Of a DNA stretch of 64,000 bases, positions 18,252-28,706 are shown piece by piece (position 1 is the stretch's first letter; every line of letters begins with the position of its first letter). The position numbers and the translations under genes were made by a program. The DNA is taken from positions 3,456,001 through 3,520,000 of the forward strand of contig CBDCJH010000002.1 in NCBI GenBank assembly GCA_965217775.1. Direction: 5' to 3'. This stretch comes from Acidobacteriota bacterium. GTDB lineage: Bacteria; Acidobacteriota; UBA6911; RPQK01; JAJDTT01. The notes below the pieces were generated by a model that had not been told where the DNA came from, did no database searches, and was given only the letters and a program-made list of their open reading frames with translations.

Positions 18252-19783
18252 TGCCCTTAGCTGCGTATCCTCTGAGTCTGTTGCTGCTGATTCCCGCGAT
18301 CGGAGCGGCCGTGGTCTGCCTGCTCCCGTCCGGACGGGAACGACTCCTGAAATGGGCCGCGCTGATCGCATCCCTGGCGACGTTTCTCTGGTCGGCCGTT
18401 CTCTTCAGCGATTTCGACGACCAGACCGGATCCTTCCAGATGGTGGAGCAGGCCGACTGGTTCCATGCTGCCGGTTTTCGAGTCCAGTACCACCTGGGTC
18501 TGGACGGGATCAGCCTGCTCCTGGTGCTCCTGACCACGGTCCTGATCCCCTTGGCGCTGTTGTCGAGCTGGAATCTCAAGGACAAGCTCAAGCTCTACCT
18601 GGCCTCCATCCTGCTGCTGGAGGTGGGGATCCTGGGCGTCTTCCTGGCTCTGGACCTGATCCTCTTCTACGTCTTCTGGGAGGTCTCCCTGATTCCCATG
18701 TACTTCCTGATCGGAATCTGGGGGTCGAGCCGGCGGATCTACGCCGCGGTGAAGTTCTTCATCTACACCATGGGCGGTTCGCTGCTGATGTTGGCGGGGA
18801 TCGTAATTCTCTATTTCCTGCTGGGAACCGGCAACTTCGATCTGGTGGAAATGATCGGGATCCTGAAAGGGGGCGAGGCGGTTCTTTCCCCGGGAGTCGA
18901 GTACCTTCTCTTTGGTCTGTTCTTCGTGGCGTTCGCCGTCAAGGTGCCCGTCTTTCCCCTGCACACCTGGCTGCCGGACGCCCACACCGAAGCTCCCACG
19001 GCGGCTTCCGTGATCCTGGCCGGAGTCCTGCTCAAGATGGGAGCCTACGGGCTCCTCCGCTTCTGCCTGCCCCTCTTCCCTTGGGCGTCGGCACAGTTGG
19101 CGCCGGCGATCTGCATCCTGGCGCTGATCGGAATCATCTACGGCGCCCTGGTGGCCATGGTGCAGCCCGACCTGAAGCGGCTCGTGGCCTACTCTTCCGT
19201 CAGCCATCTGGGCTTCGTAGTGCTGGGAATTTTCTCTTTCAGCTTTCAGTCCATGGAGGGTGCGGCCTACCAGATGCTCAATCATGGAGTCTCCACCGGA
19301 GCCCTTTTTCTGCTGGTAGGCATCCTTTACGATCGCCGCCACACCCGCCGGATCGACGAGTTCGGAGGGCTGGCTCATTCCATGCCGCGCTACTCGGCCT
19401 GCTTCTTCATCGTCCTGCTGGGAAGCATCGGGCTGCCCGGCCTCGGCGGGTTCGTAGGCGAGTTTCTCATTCTCCAGGGGACCTTTCTCACCAGTGTCCC
19501 GTCCGCCGCCGTCGCGGTCTGCGGAGTGGTCCTTTCGGCGGCCTACATGCTCTGGATGTACCAGCGGGTCTTCCTGGGACGGGTTGAGAAGGAAGCGAAC
19601 CGCCGGCTCCCGGACCTGAGCTTCCGCGAGGGGGCGATGCTGATTCCGGCTATCGCGCTTTCGCTCTGGATGGGGATCGGCTCCGGCACCTTTCTGAGAA
19701 CCATGGACGGCAGCATTCAACTGCTGGTGGACCGGCTGGACCAGGTACAGCACGCACAGGTAGTCCGAAGCGATGTCCCTTAA
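18251..19783 (+). CDS. nuoM: NADH-quinone oxidoreductase subunit M
   Basis: FYVFWE, KVPVFPLHTWLPDAHTEAPT, LKRLVAYSSVSHLG, GFVGEF. Confidence 0.97.
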   Translation: MPLAAYPLSLLLLIPAIGAAVVCLLPSGRERLLKWAALIASLATFLWSAVLFSDFDDQTGSFQMVEQADWFHAAGFRVQYHLGLDGISLLLVLLTTVLIPLALLSSWNLKDKLKLYLASILLLEVGILGVFLALDLILFYVFWEVSLIPMYFLIGIWGSSRRIYAAVKFFIYTMGGSLLMLAGIVILYFLLGTGNFDLVEMIGILKGGEAVLSPGVEYLLFGLFFVAFAVKVPVFPLHTWLPDAHTEAPTAASVILAGVLLKMGAYGLLRFCLPLFPWASAQLAPAICILALIGIIYGALVAMVQPDLKRLVAYSSVSHLGFVVLGIFSFSFQSMEGAAYQMLNHGVSTGALFLLVGILYDRRHTRRIDEFGGLAHSMPRYSACFFIVLLGSIGLPGLGGFVGEFLILQGTFLTSVPSAAVAVCGVVLSAAYMLWMYQRVFLGRVEKEANRRLPDLSFREGAMLIPAIALSLWMGIGSGTFLRTMDGSIQLLVDRLDQVQHAQVVRSDVP

Positions 19784-21203
19784 CACCTCCGCCCTGCTCC
19801 CGGAGATCCTTCTGGCCGTGGCCGGCATTCTGCTCATGTTGGCTATCCCCGTCCTTCCGTCTCGCCACCAGGTTCGACTGGGATACGCCGCCTCGTCGAT
19901 CCTGGCGGTAGCGCTGGGGGTCGTCCTGCTCCAGTGGGGCAACCATGGTCCCGCCTTCTTCGGCATGGTGTCCATGGACCCGTTGGGAGGGGCCGCCAGG
20001 ATCCTGTTTCTGGTCTCCAGCGCAACGGTCGCCCTGATTTCGGTCTCCTACCTGAAGCGGGAGCAGTTGCGGCACGGCGAATACTTTCCCCTCCTGCTGA
20101 TGGCGACGGTGGGGATGTCGCTCATGGCCGTGAGCGCCAACCTCATCATGACCTTCCTGGGACTGGAGATCCTGTCCATCTCCGGCTACGTCCTGGCCGG
20201 TTATCGCCGGGGCGACCCCAGGTCGAACGAGTCGGCGCTCAAGTACTTCCTACTGGGGGCGTTCTCCACGGCGTTCATGCTCTACGGGATCGCCCTCCTT
20301 TACGGCGCGACGGGGTCCACGCAATATTCCAGGATCGCCGAGTCGGCGACTCAGGGACAGGCGGACCAGGCTACTTTCCTCGTGGGGCTCGGACTGCTTC
20401 TGGTGGGATTCGGCTTCAAGGCGGCCCTGGCGCCTTTGCACGTCTGGACTCCGGACGTCTATCAAGGGGCCCCCGTGCCCATCACCGCCCACTTGGCGGT
20501 GGGCTCCAAAGCGGCGGTCCTGATCACGCTGTTGCGCCTGCTGCACCAGGTCTTCCCGGAGAGTGCGGACCAATGGCAGACTCTCCTCTGGATCGCCAGC
20601 GCCGCGACCATGATCATCGGCAACCTGGCGGCCCTGACCCAGACCGACGTCAAACGGCTCCTGGCCTATTCCTCCATCGCCCACGCCGGCTACATCCTGC
20701 TCGGTGTCATCGCCAACAGTCCTCGAGGCGCCCAGGGGGTGCTCTTCTATCTGGCAGCCTACTCTCTTATGACGCTGGGAGCGTTCGCCGTGGTGCAGGT
20801 CTTCTCCCGCCGGGACGAGCAGTTCACCTCGCTCGAGGACTACCGGGGGATCGGCTACCGCCATCCGCTCCTGAGCGTCTCCCTGACCATCTTTCTCCTC
20901 TCCCTGATCGGCATCCCGCTGACGGCGGGATTCTATGGAAAGCTCTTCCTCTTCTCGGCCGCCGTCGAGGCGGACATGGTCGCCCTGGTGATTCTGGCGG
21001 TGCTGGCCTCGGCCGTGGGCCTTTACTACTACCTGCAGCTCATCGTCCTGATGTTCATGAAGGAGGCATCCTCGCCGCCCGAGCCCGTTCCGATACCCTT
21101 GGCGGCACGGATCGTGATACTACTAATGGCCGCCGGCACCCTCTACCTGGGAGTTTATCCGGCGCAGGTTCTCTCGATTGCCGGGGAGGCGGCAGGGTTG
21201 TGA
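19773..21203 (+). CDS. nuoN: NADH-quinone oxidoreductase subunit N
   Basis: ESALKYFLLG, PLHVWTPDVYQGAP, KRLLAYSSIAHAGY, GIPLTAGFYGK. Confidence 0.97.
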   Translation: MSLNTSALLPEILLAVAGILLMLAIPVLPSRHQVRLGYAASSILAVALGVVLLQWGNHGPAFFGMVSMDPLGGAARILFLVSSATVALISVSYLKREQLRHGEYFPLLLMATVGMSLMAVSANLIMTFLGLEILSISGYVLAGYRRGDPRSNESALKYFLLGAFSTAFMLYGIALLYGATGSTQYSRIAESATQGQADQATFLVGLGLLLVGFGFKAALAPLHVWTPDVYQGAPVPITAHLAVGSKAAVLITLLRLLHQVFPESADQWQTLLWIASAATMIIGNLAALTQTDVKRLLAYSSIAHAGYILLGVIANSPRGAQGVLFYLAAYSLMTLGAFAVVQVFSRRDEQFTSLEDYRGIGYRHPLLSVSLTIFLLSLIGIPLTAGFYGKLFLFSAAVEADMVALVILAVLASAVGLYYYLQLIVLMFMKEASSPPEPVPIPLAARIVILLMAAGTLYLGVYPAQVLSIAGEAAGL

Positions 21204-21664
21204 AGCAGGCCAAGGCCAAGCTGGAAGCAGAGGTCCGGAAGCTGGAGCGGGAGTTGCGGGAGGAACTGCCGGCGGCGCTCAAGAAAGCGTTGCAGATGGG
21301 CGATCTCCGGGAGAACGCCGAGTACCAGACCGCCAAGGAGCGGCAATCCTACGTTCAAGCTCAACTGTCCCATCTGCAACACAGACTGGCCAAACTCTCC
21401 CTCATCAATTTAAGCAAGATCCCCACAGACCGCATCTCATACGGCTCCACCGTGGTCCTGTTCGACCTGGACACCAAAGTCGAGGTGACCTACCGACTGG
21501 TCACCAGCGAGGAGTCGGACGTCAAGGCCGGCAAGATCTCCACCACCTCTCCCATCGGGCGTAGCCTGATGAATCGTGAAGAGGGGGACGAGGTTCAGAT
21601 CCGGACCCCCGGCGGGACCAAGAACTACGAGATCATGGAACTGACCACCATCCACGACAGGTAG
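21200..21664 (+). CDS. greA: Transcription elongation factor GreA
   Basis: GDLRENAEYQTAKE, GKISTTSPIGRSL; GTGA overlap with the nuoN stop. Confidence 0.93.
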   Translation: MKQAKAKLEAEVRKLERELREELPAALKKALQMGDLRENAEYQTAKERQSYVQAQLSHLQHRLAKLSLINLSKIPTDRISYGSTVVLFDLDTKVEVTYRLVTSEESDVKAGKISTTSPIGRSLMNREEGDEVQIRTPGGTKNYEIMELTTIHDR

Positions 21665-21717
21665 TTCCGAGAAAGCGGCATGCGCAGTGATTGCGCCGTA
21701 CCCGCTGGCCCGGTCTT

Positions 21718-23277
21718 TCAGGTCATCATGACCCGTTCGTGGATCGCGGTCATTGCAGCCTGGGCCGCCAGGGCAGCCCCTTCTTGCCAACCGGGCAAGG
21801 CGCTCAATTGGTCGCCGGCGAAATAGATCCTCCCATCGGGCTCTCGTAGTTGCTCCGGCGGCTCGTAGCTCTCCGGCCAGCCCCCCCGCTGGAACCGGAC
21901 CTTGGGCCAGGCGCGGCTCACGCCGGATTCCAGCTCTGTGGCATAGCCAGGGTGGATGAGCTCGCCCTCGGCGATGGCGGCCTGCAAGCGATCGGACGGC
22001 GCCATGTCCGAGTACCGCAGCCCGGGATCGGGATCCCAGATATAGGCCCCGACGATGATCCCCTTTTCACGATGATAGCCGTAGGCCGGATACCAGATCT
22101 GCGTAATGTCCTGGCCGGTCCACGAGATGCCGCCATAGATGGCGTGGTCTTCCTCCCAGAAACGGCGCTGAGCCTGGAATCCGATTTTGACCGCCTTGGA
22201 GAACTCGATCGACTCGATCGCCGTTTGCGTCTCAGGCGAGAAGTCGTTGCGGATATCCCTCAGGACCGGAGCCGGTATGGTGCAGATTGCGAAATCCGCC
22301 TCCAGTACTCTTCTTCTGCCGCGTCGACGCCGGTAGACGATACGAACGCCGTCAGACGTTTTCCGAATCGACGTGACGATGCACCGATATGCGATGAGAG
22401 GCTCCACCCGCTCCTCGAAGGCGGCCACAATGGCGTCCATCCCGCCGACAGGCTGCAACAAGGTAGGGTTCTGATCGAGGAACTGGCTGAAATGGAGCTT
22501 GTACTGCCAGAAGTCCGACCTGAGCAGTTGACTCAGATCGAGGGGGTCGTTCACCTCCCCCGGCGCCAGACCGGCATGGACGTGCGGCCCCAGATGGCCG
22601 CCGCGGCTCGAGCCCACGTAGAGATCATCCGGGTCCAAGTCGCCAAAGCTCCGGAGCAGGTCAAGGATCAGTTCCTTGTCCTCTCCTTTCAGCTCACTGT
22701 CCAGGGCGTTGCGGTTCACCGCCTTGGCCAGGAGTTCGGCAATATACCCGCGAGTATCCGTCATCACCTGCCGGGCAACGACCGGCCCATCGAAACGATC
22801 CTGGTTGTGGAAGAAAGCCGCCCGGTTGTCGTTCGTGAAGACCTCGAGGTCGACTCCGAATTCCCGGCAATACCCGAGAATGGTGGTGTGGTGGTAGGGG
22901 AGGCGGGCCGGACCGAGGTTCACGTAGAGATGGTCTTCGGCGTCGAAGTCCACCCATTGCCGGCTGTCCTCCTCTCGGATCACGTCCCCGCTCCGAGCCG
23001 TGAGGTTGCGCCCGCCGGCGCGGCCGGTGGCCTCCAGGACCGTGCAGTCGTAACCCGCCTTCGACAATTCGTAGGCGGCGACAAGACCGGAGACGCCGGC
23101 CCCCAGGATGACGACTCTCGTCCCATATCCCGACGCCGGCCTCAACTGGAACTGCGTTGTCTGAGCCGTAACGGGACTCGCCATGCCCAGCGCGTTCATG
23201 CTCCGATACATGGCGGCAACCCCGGAAACGGCGCCGATGGATTGCAGGAATTTGCGTTTGGTCATTTTGGCTTGCAC
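21718..23277 (-). CDS. Flavin monoamine oxidase / L-amino-acid oxidase, Tat-like signal
   Basis: MTKRKFL Tat-like motif; VVILGAGVSG...EA..RAGGR FAD motif; YFAGD...WQEGA. Confidence 0.88.
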   Translation of the reverse strand: MQAKMTKRKFLQSIGAVSGVAAMYRSMNALGMASPVTAQTTQFQLRPASGYGTRVVILGAGVSGLVAAYELSKAGYDCTVLEATGRAGGRNLTARSGDVIREEDSRQWVDFDAEDHLYVNLGPARLPYHHTTILGYCREFGVDLEVFTNDNRAAFFHNQDRFDGPVVARQVMTDTRGYIAELLAKAVNRNALDSELKGEDKELILDLLRSFGDLDPDDLYVGSSRGGHLGPHVHAGLAPGEVNDPLDLSQLLRSDFWQYKLHFSQFLDQNPTLLQPVGGMDAIVAAFEERVEPLIAYRCIVTSIRKTSDGVRIVYRRRRGRRRVLEADFAICTIPAPVLRDIRNDFSPETQTAIESIEFSKAVKIGFQAQRRFWEEDHAIYGGISWTGQDITQIWYPAYGYHREKGIIVGAYIWDPDPGLRYSDMAPSDRLQAAIAEGELIHPGYATELESGVSRAWPKVRFQRGGWPESYEPPEQLREPDGRIYFAGDQLSALPGWQEGAALAAQAAMTAIHERVMMT

Positions 23278-23472
23278 GGTTTCACCTCCGTCGAGTCTCT
23301 GAAAAACGAGGGCGCACCCACCACATTCCGGGCCGGGGGAGAAGGATGATAAGAGAACGTGTCAATACCTGAATTTTATCGATTTCGCCTTACATTCGGC
23401 GCCCCGCAGAGAGATTTGGACCAATCCGGCGGCGGGGTCGGGTTCGTGACTTATCCTTTTGGAATCAGGGAG

Positions 23473-24027
23473 CTATCTTCTCTCCATGGCTGAAGCTTCA
23501 GCCTGGACCTCGCCGTAGACCTCCGCAAGAGCCTTGTTCTCGACCAGGATGCGGGTGCGGAGCGCCAGTAGGTTCAGCGCGGATGCGATCACTGCGAGTG
23601 TCCATGCGCCGAACATCAGCGGCACCACGGCGATCTCGCCGCAAACGATCAGGTAGTTCGGGTGGTCGACGTAGCGGTACGGCCCGCTCCGAATGCGTCT
23701 GGCGCCGGGCAGGACCATGATGCGAGTCGTCCATCGCGAACCCAGGGTCACGACCACCCACACACGCCCACATTCCAGCATGACGAAGACGGCCAGCAGC
23801 GGGATCGACACGGGCGTCTGCGGATCGATCGTGCCAAGCAGTGCCAGCAGCCAGCCGGCGTGCACCGCGACAAGCACCGGATAGTGCCGCCGGCCGAACT
23901 CGATCGCCCCCCTGGCCGCCAGCGCCCGATGGTTGCGCCGTGCGATGACCAGTTCCACGAGACGCTGAAGAACCAGAAAGCCGACGATCAGGTACAGCGG
24001 GCTCATGGGAAACAAGATAGGCATCAC
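23473..24027 (-). CDS. Isoprenylcysteine carboxyl methyltransferase family (BpsB/SrsB-like)
   Basis: QRLVEL, TLGSRWTTRI, GPYRYVDHPNYLIV, RILVEN; overlaps the PKS stop. Confidence 0.9.
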   Translation of the reverse strand: MMPILFPMSPLYLIVGFLVLQRLVELVIARRNHRALAARGAIEFGRRHYPVLVAVHAGWLLALLGTIDPQTPVSIPLLAVFVMLECGRVWVVVTLGSRWTTRIMVLPGARRIRSGPYRYVDHPNYLIVCGEIAVVPLMFGAWTLAVIASALNLLALRTRILVENKALAEVYGEVQAEASAMERR

Positions 24028-25079
24028 TTCGACTCGAGCAACAGGAACCCAGCCGAAAATCCCGGGCCCAGGCTGGTCAGCAAGTGGCGTTTCGCCGTGT
24101 GGTCCCTGAGGATGCGGTCGAGTACGAACAGCACGGTCGCGGCCGACATGTTGCCGTAGTCACGCAAGACCGCCCGCGACTCTTCGAGATCCCCGGCCGG
24201 GAGACCGAATACCTCTTCGAGGGCGTCCAGCACCTTGGCGCCGCCGGGGTGGCAGACGAAGCTGTCGATATCGCGAACGCCCAGGCTCTGGGAGGAAAGA
24301 AATTCCTCGGTTGCGCTCCGCATGTGCGAGCGCACGAGGTCGGGAATGCTGCGCGAGAACACGACCCCGAACCCGTCATCGGCCACGTCCCAGCCCATGA
24401 CGTCGAGCGAATCGGGCCACGTGTACTCGCCCCACGAAGAGATCGCCGGTCCCGGCCCGTCATCCGTCAGCAATACCGCCGCGGCACCGTCACGGAACAG
24501 CGCCGTGGCGACCAGGTTCCGCACGGATCGATCACGGCCACGGAAAGTGAGCGTGCAGAGTTCTACGACCAGGAACAGAACCCGGCTGCCGCGAGAAGCA
24601 CGCGCGCATGCGGCGGCGCGAGCCAGTCCCAGCACGCCTCCCGCGCATCCCAGACCGAAGATGGGCAGTCTTTGCACGTCGCGGCGAAACGGCAGCTCGG
24701 TCATGAGCCTGGCGTCCAGACTGGGCGTAGCGATGCCGGTCGTCGACACGGTGACGATCAGGTCGATATCGCCCGGGTCGGTGTTGCCGGCGGCCAGGCA
24801 TTCGACGGCCGCGTCTTTCAGCAGGGCCACCGCATTTTCAAGGTAGAGACGGTTCTTCTCCTCGAAGCCATGCCCGGCCTCTCCGTACCAGCTTCTGGGC
24901 ATGCAGCAATATCCTTCTCCGATCGCTGCGTTCTCGTAAACGCCGAGCAGGCGATCCAGACCCGCAACATCGTCGGCAAAGAAGCGGGCACCGAAATCCC
25001 TGACCTCGTCCTGGGTGATTCGGTAGGGCGGAACCGCCGTAGCGATAGATCTGATTCGCGGACCCGATTCTGCCGTCAC
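24024..25079 (-). CDS. Type III polyketide synthase (BpsA/SrsA-like)
   Basis: Cys-His-Asn triad in GLGCAGG, CHPGG, YGNMSA; also VELCTL and LGPGF. Confidence 0.92.
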   Translation of the reverse strand: MTAESGPRIRSIATAVPPYRITQDEVRDFGARFFADDVAGLDRLLGVYENAAIGEGYCCMPRSWYGEAGHGFEEKNRLYLENAVALLKDAAVECLAAGNTDPGDIDLIVTVSTTGIATPSLDARLMTELPFRRDVQRLPIFGLGCAGGVLGLARAAACARASRGSRVLFLVVELCTLTFRGRDRSVRNLVATALFRDGAAAVLLTDDGPGPAISSWGEYTWPDSLDVMGWDVADDGFGVVFSRSIPDLVRSHMRSATEEFLSSQSLGVRDIDSFVCHPGGAKVLDALEEVFGLPAGDLEESRAVLRDYGNMSAATVLFVLDRILRDHTAKRHLLTSLGPGFSAGFLLLESK

Positions 25080-25244
25080 CGGAATTCCTCCTCTAGTCCA
25101 TTTCTCGTCGGGAAATCCACAAGTTATTGAGAAATAAGGAATAAGAAGGTGTTTAAAAGTCCCGATTCTGGCCCAGTCATAGGTTAGGCTATTGGCGACA
25201 GATTAAAGACAACAAACGACTTGCACAAGACCGAGGGTTTGTCC

Positions 25245-26170
25245 TTGCGTCACAACCGAGAAAACCAACTTCCACTCACCAGCGCCTGTCCCGATCACCA
25301 ATTCGCCCGGAGCAGATAGCTGTTTGCCAGGTCCAGGAGGACACCCTATCGATCTCGGATCCGTTCTGCCACGATCTATGTGACAGCATCAGCTCCGACC
25401 ACGGGGCGCGGGATCTCTCGGCAGAGCAGGTGCTGCGCTCGGCCGTTCTCGAGAACTGGCATCAGCTACCCTACACTCCGTTGGCGTCCCACTTGAGCGA
25501 CTCCCAGAGTTTTCGTCGGTTCGCCCATTTGTCCTTGCGCTGGCCCCCTAATGCCTCCTGCCTGCCGGAGAACGTCTGCCGCTCCCAAGCCACCCCCCTG
25601 GCTGCAGATCCACGTGCTCCTGCTCCGCTGGGCCGCCCGCCAAAGTTTGGAACGGGGGCGCAAGCGTCGAACCGATGGCATCGCCGTGGAAAGCCCTATC
25701 CGATTTCCGCTGGATTCCCAGTTGCAGTCCGACGCGATACGAGTCCTCATCCGGAGGAGTCTCCGGCTTGATGTTGGACCGCGAGATCGTGCAGCGGAAC
25801 CCGGCCGATGCCTCTCAAGAGCAGCCCCCGCTGAGAGCGCCAGTTTGACGTTTACGGTCGCTGGACCCGACACGCCAGCTTCGATGGTCGCTTTGCCTGC
25901 CACGCCAATCTGCAGTGGACCAAGGAGCAGAGCATCCAAGATGTCTCCTCCGCCGAGAAAAACGGGCTGATGGTTCACGAGATGGTGCGCTGCAGTTGAG
26001 TCTATCGGCAACTGCGACGCTTCCGGGCCGGTATCGAAGGCTCCATCATGATGCTGAAGCGAGTCTTCGGCGTCGGACGCTACACCTGGAAGAGCTGGCC
26101 TCACTTTCAGCAGTATGCGTAGCTCACGGTCACGAGCTTCAACTTGCTGGTTCTCGCCCGCTTGGCGCTG
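25245..26170 (+). pseudogene. Degenerate ISNCY-type DDE transposase
   Basis: Fragments SAEQVLRSAVL...HLSDSQSFRRFAHL, NPADA, ASFDGRFA, VYRQLRRFRAGIEG...LKRVFG...FNLLVLARL, with frameshifts, stops and an internal deletion. Confidence 0.8.
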
Positions 26171-26456
26171 GGAGCGCGGCTTTGAATCCATTCCAAACGA
26201 GGACGGTCAGGGACCCGTATCTTACAGAATCAGCATCGGCTCCCAAAGGAGTTGATACTCCGGCTACCGGCCCCGGTCGGCCTTTTATTCTCGCACCTTC
26301 TACACCTTCCCTCACTCTATCCAACGCCAAGAACCCGACTCTCCGGGTGAGAACCAATTACAAATCATAGGAACGGGGGCCGCTACGGAAATCCCGGAGG
26401 GGGACTTCCAGGATACAGAGTAGCGGCGCCACGATGGAGTCTGGGAGGTGGCAGGT

Positions 26457-27797
26457 TTACCAGACAGACTCAGTGGAACGGCTGGCAATGTAGAGAGCTT
26501 CTTTGGTCAGGATATCCGTGACCCCGCCTCCCCAGTACGAGGGCTGCGTGTGCATCTTAGCGATACGGCATCGCCCCCACGGCGTTTCCCACCATTGGAA
26601 GTCCCATGTGCGGCTCCCTTTGTCTGCGCGATAGCTTTGCATCGTGCCATCCGGGGCTGCGCCTTTCTCACGAAGAAACTTTTGTACTCGATCGTAACAG
26701 CGTCCTCCGCCCATTTTGGAGGGGGGAGCTATGATTAATGCCGGGCGGCAGATTTCAATTGCTCGCCAGCAGTGTGTTTCCAAGTCCCAGAACTTGGTTC
26801 GTCGGACCGCTTCCGAGCGAGCGTGCTCCGTCGTAAGGTTAATCAAGCCCCAACAGGCAAAACGATCCTTTGAGCGGACACCCGGCAGGGAGACTTCGCT
26901 TAATCTGGCCCGCATGCCCTGCCACATTCCTCTCTTTTTCCGTTCGGAAAGAGGGTAATGGTGCTCGACATAGGATGGGAACTCTGCAAAGTGTCTTGAT
27001 GTTTTCCCAAGCCCTGGTGTCCAGTCGCAATGCTCTTCGGAGGGATCACCCTCCTCGCCTCCAGGACCGGGCAGTATCATCAGCCCCCACGCCGGAACAG
27101 CATAGGCGCAGTGAGGAAAAGACAGCTCTTCTTTGAGCCTTCTGTGGAGTCGGCTCTGGTCTCCATCTGACAACGAGGAGACGTGTTCACGAGTCTTGTC
27201 AAGGCGCTTACCAGGGTGCAGGTCAAAACATTCACTAGGGAGCAGGCTGTTCACTGTGCGTGCCTTTTTGATTCCCAGGGTTGATCCACTTGACCTCCAC
27301 CCGCAAGAATCAAGCTGCGGCGCAGTGACCGGAACGGCAGAGCCATCCACATTCTCCCGAGAATTCAGCAACGTGGTAGCGTTGTCCGAGGGTAGACGAT
27401 CCAGCCAATACGCACCCGCGTGATCGTAAAAGATCTGGTTCACTCCCGCCACAAACACTTCGGACTCGACTTCCGCCAGCCCAAGACACTTCAACTGCCA
27501 GTCATTCCCGGATTTGACAGTTCCCTTCCCCACAAGAAAGTGAAGATCTCCAACAATGTCCGCATCCTCCAGGAGATGCCAATTCGAAGCATCCAGAGGC
27601 TCTCCAAGCAGCTTGCACAGATTGAGGAAGGACCTCATCCGCATTGAGCGGGGATTCCTGCTGCGTTGAGAGCGAAAGAAACCCTTGGCGATTTCTCTCT
27701 CATCCTCGGTGAACTGAGTCTTCACCGGATTCCGAGATACGGGTTTCACATTCTGAGCACCGTAAGCCAATTCTCTCATCTTCGACAGTCCCAGCAT
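26457..27797 (-). CDS. Hypothetical protein, lower GC; C-terminal part weakly UDG-like
   Basis: 446-aa ORF with AAGGAG RBS; no confident family match by eye. Confidence 0.6.
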   Translation of the reverse strand: MLGLSKMRELAYGAQNVKPVSRNPVKTQFTEDEREIAKGFFRSQRSRNPRSMRMRSFLNLCKLLGEPLDASNWHLLEDADIVGDLHFLVGKGTVKSGNDWQLKCLGLAEVESEVFVAGVNQIFYDHAGAYWLDRLPSDNATTLLNSRENVDGSAVPVTAPQLDSCGWRSSGSTLGIKKARTVNSLLPSECFDLHPGKRLDKTREHVSSLSDGDQSRLHRRLKEELSFPHCAYAVPAWGLMILPGPGGEEGDPSEEHCDWTPGLGKTSRHFAEFPSYVEHHYPLSERKKRGMWQGMRARLSEVSLPGVRSKDRFACWGLINLTTEHARSEAVRRTKFWDLETHCWRAIEICRPALIIAPPSKMGGGRCYDRVQKFLREKGAAPDGTMQSYRADKGSRTWDFQWWETPWGRCRIAKMHTQPSYWGGGVTDILTKEALYIASRSTESVW

Positions 27798-27978
27798 CTG
27801 TTCTCTCCTTACTGTTTAGGAGACTATTATCCTGGCTACCACCTGGACAATAGCGAGGATACCGGCAACGGCGCCCACGATGCACCCACCGAGAAGCCAA
27901 AGATGATTTCGCTAACAGTATAGGGACCCACGCCAATCAGCCATTGGGTCCAGGCTGTTAGCGGAATTCAAACATGCT

Positions 27979-28015
27979 CCACCCCCTCCTGAGCGTCTCC
28001 CTGACCATCTTTCTC
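27979..28015 (+). repeat. Relic copy of a nuoN internal segment (20861-20897)
   Basis: 30-nt exact match CTCCTGAGCGTCTCCCTGACCATCTTTCTC, extending to 35/37 with two synonymous differences. Confidence 0.85.
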
Positions 28016-28043
28016 AAGGTTCGGGGGACGGGCAGTATGTCGC

Positions 28044-28467
28044 TCAAAGTCGTTCGATTCTTAGATTCTTGAATCGATCGAAATCCCGATCCTCGGTGAT
28101 CAGCCGAGAGATGCCCCCCTCGCGGCAAAGAGCTACGATCTGAGCATCGAATACAAGATTGCCAATCGCGTTTGACTCACGAAGCCCCTCCGAGAGGAGA
28201 ACGGGATACGCGGAACCGCGGCAAAGCACGACTAAGCTCGGTGAGGCTAGCACCCTTGCCAAGGCTTCACATGCATCTTCGGCCGCGTAGGGAGGTTCGA
28301 ATACTCTGGGGTGAGTGATGATACGGACAAATTCCCCGATACCGAAAACGGGGGTTCCCAGCGGGCAGGAGCCTCACCGAGGGCAACGGCGCGAGCGTGT
28401 GCAATGCGGTGTTAGGCCAGCCGTCGCGGTGCGCGTGGACGAGAACGTTGGTATCGATCACGATCAA
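28044..28467 (-). pseudogene. Frameshifted VapC (PIN) toxin
   Basis: MIVIDTNVLVHAHR in one frame and GNLVFDAQIVALC...LITEDRDFDRF in another. Confidence 0.85.
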
Positions 28468-28706
28468 CTCGGTCCATCCATCCGCTTGTAGAGGGAGACC
28501 CGATCATCCAAATCTATTCCCGGCACGGGCCGTCCTCCCTTGGTCAACAGGCGGGCACGGAAGGTGCGATCCGGAAGACGTGCGGGTTGGAGGCAATTGC
28601 GTAGTGCGCACTCAATCAGGTGGGTGAGCGTTACACCCTCTCTGGCGGCTCGTTGTTTTGCCGTGCGTATCAGCCGACCATCGAAGTTGATTGTCATCTT
28701 CTTCAT
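28464..28706 (-). CDS. VapB-type antitoxin
   Basis: TINFDGRLIRTAKQRAAREGVTLTHLIECALR...PGIDLDDRVSLY; overlaps the vapC start. Confidence 0.8.
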   Translation of the reverse strand: MKKMTINFDGRLIRTAKQRAAREGVTLTHLIECALRNCLQPARLPDRTFRARLLTKGGRPVPGIDLDDRVSLYKRMDGPS

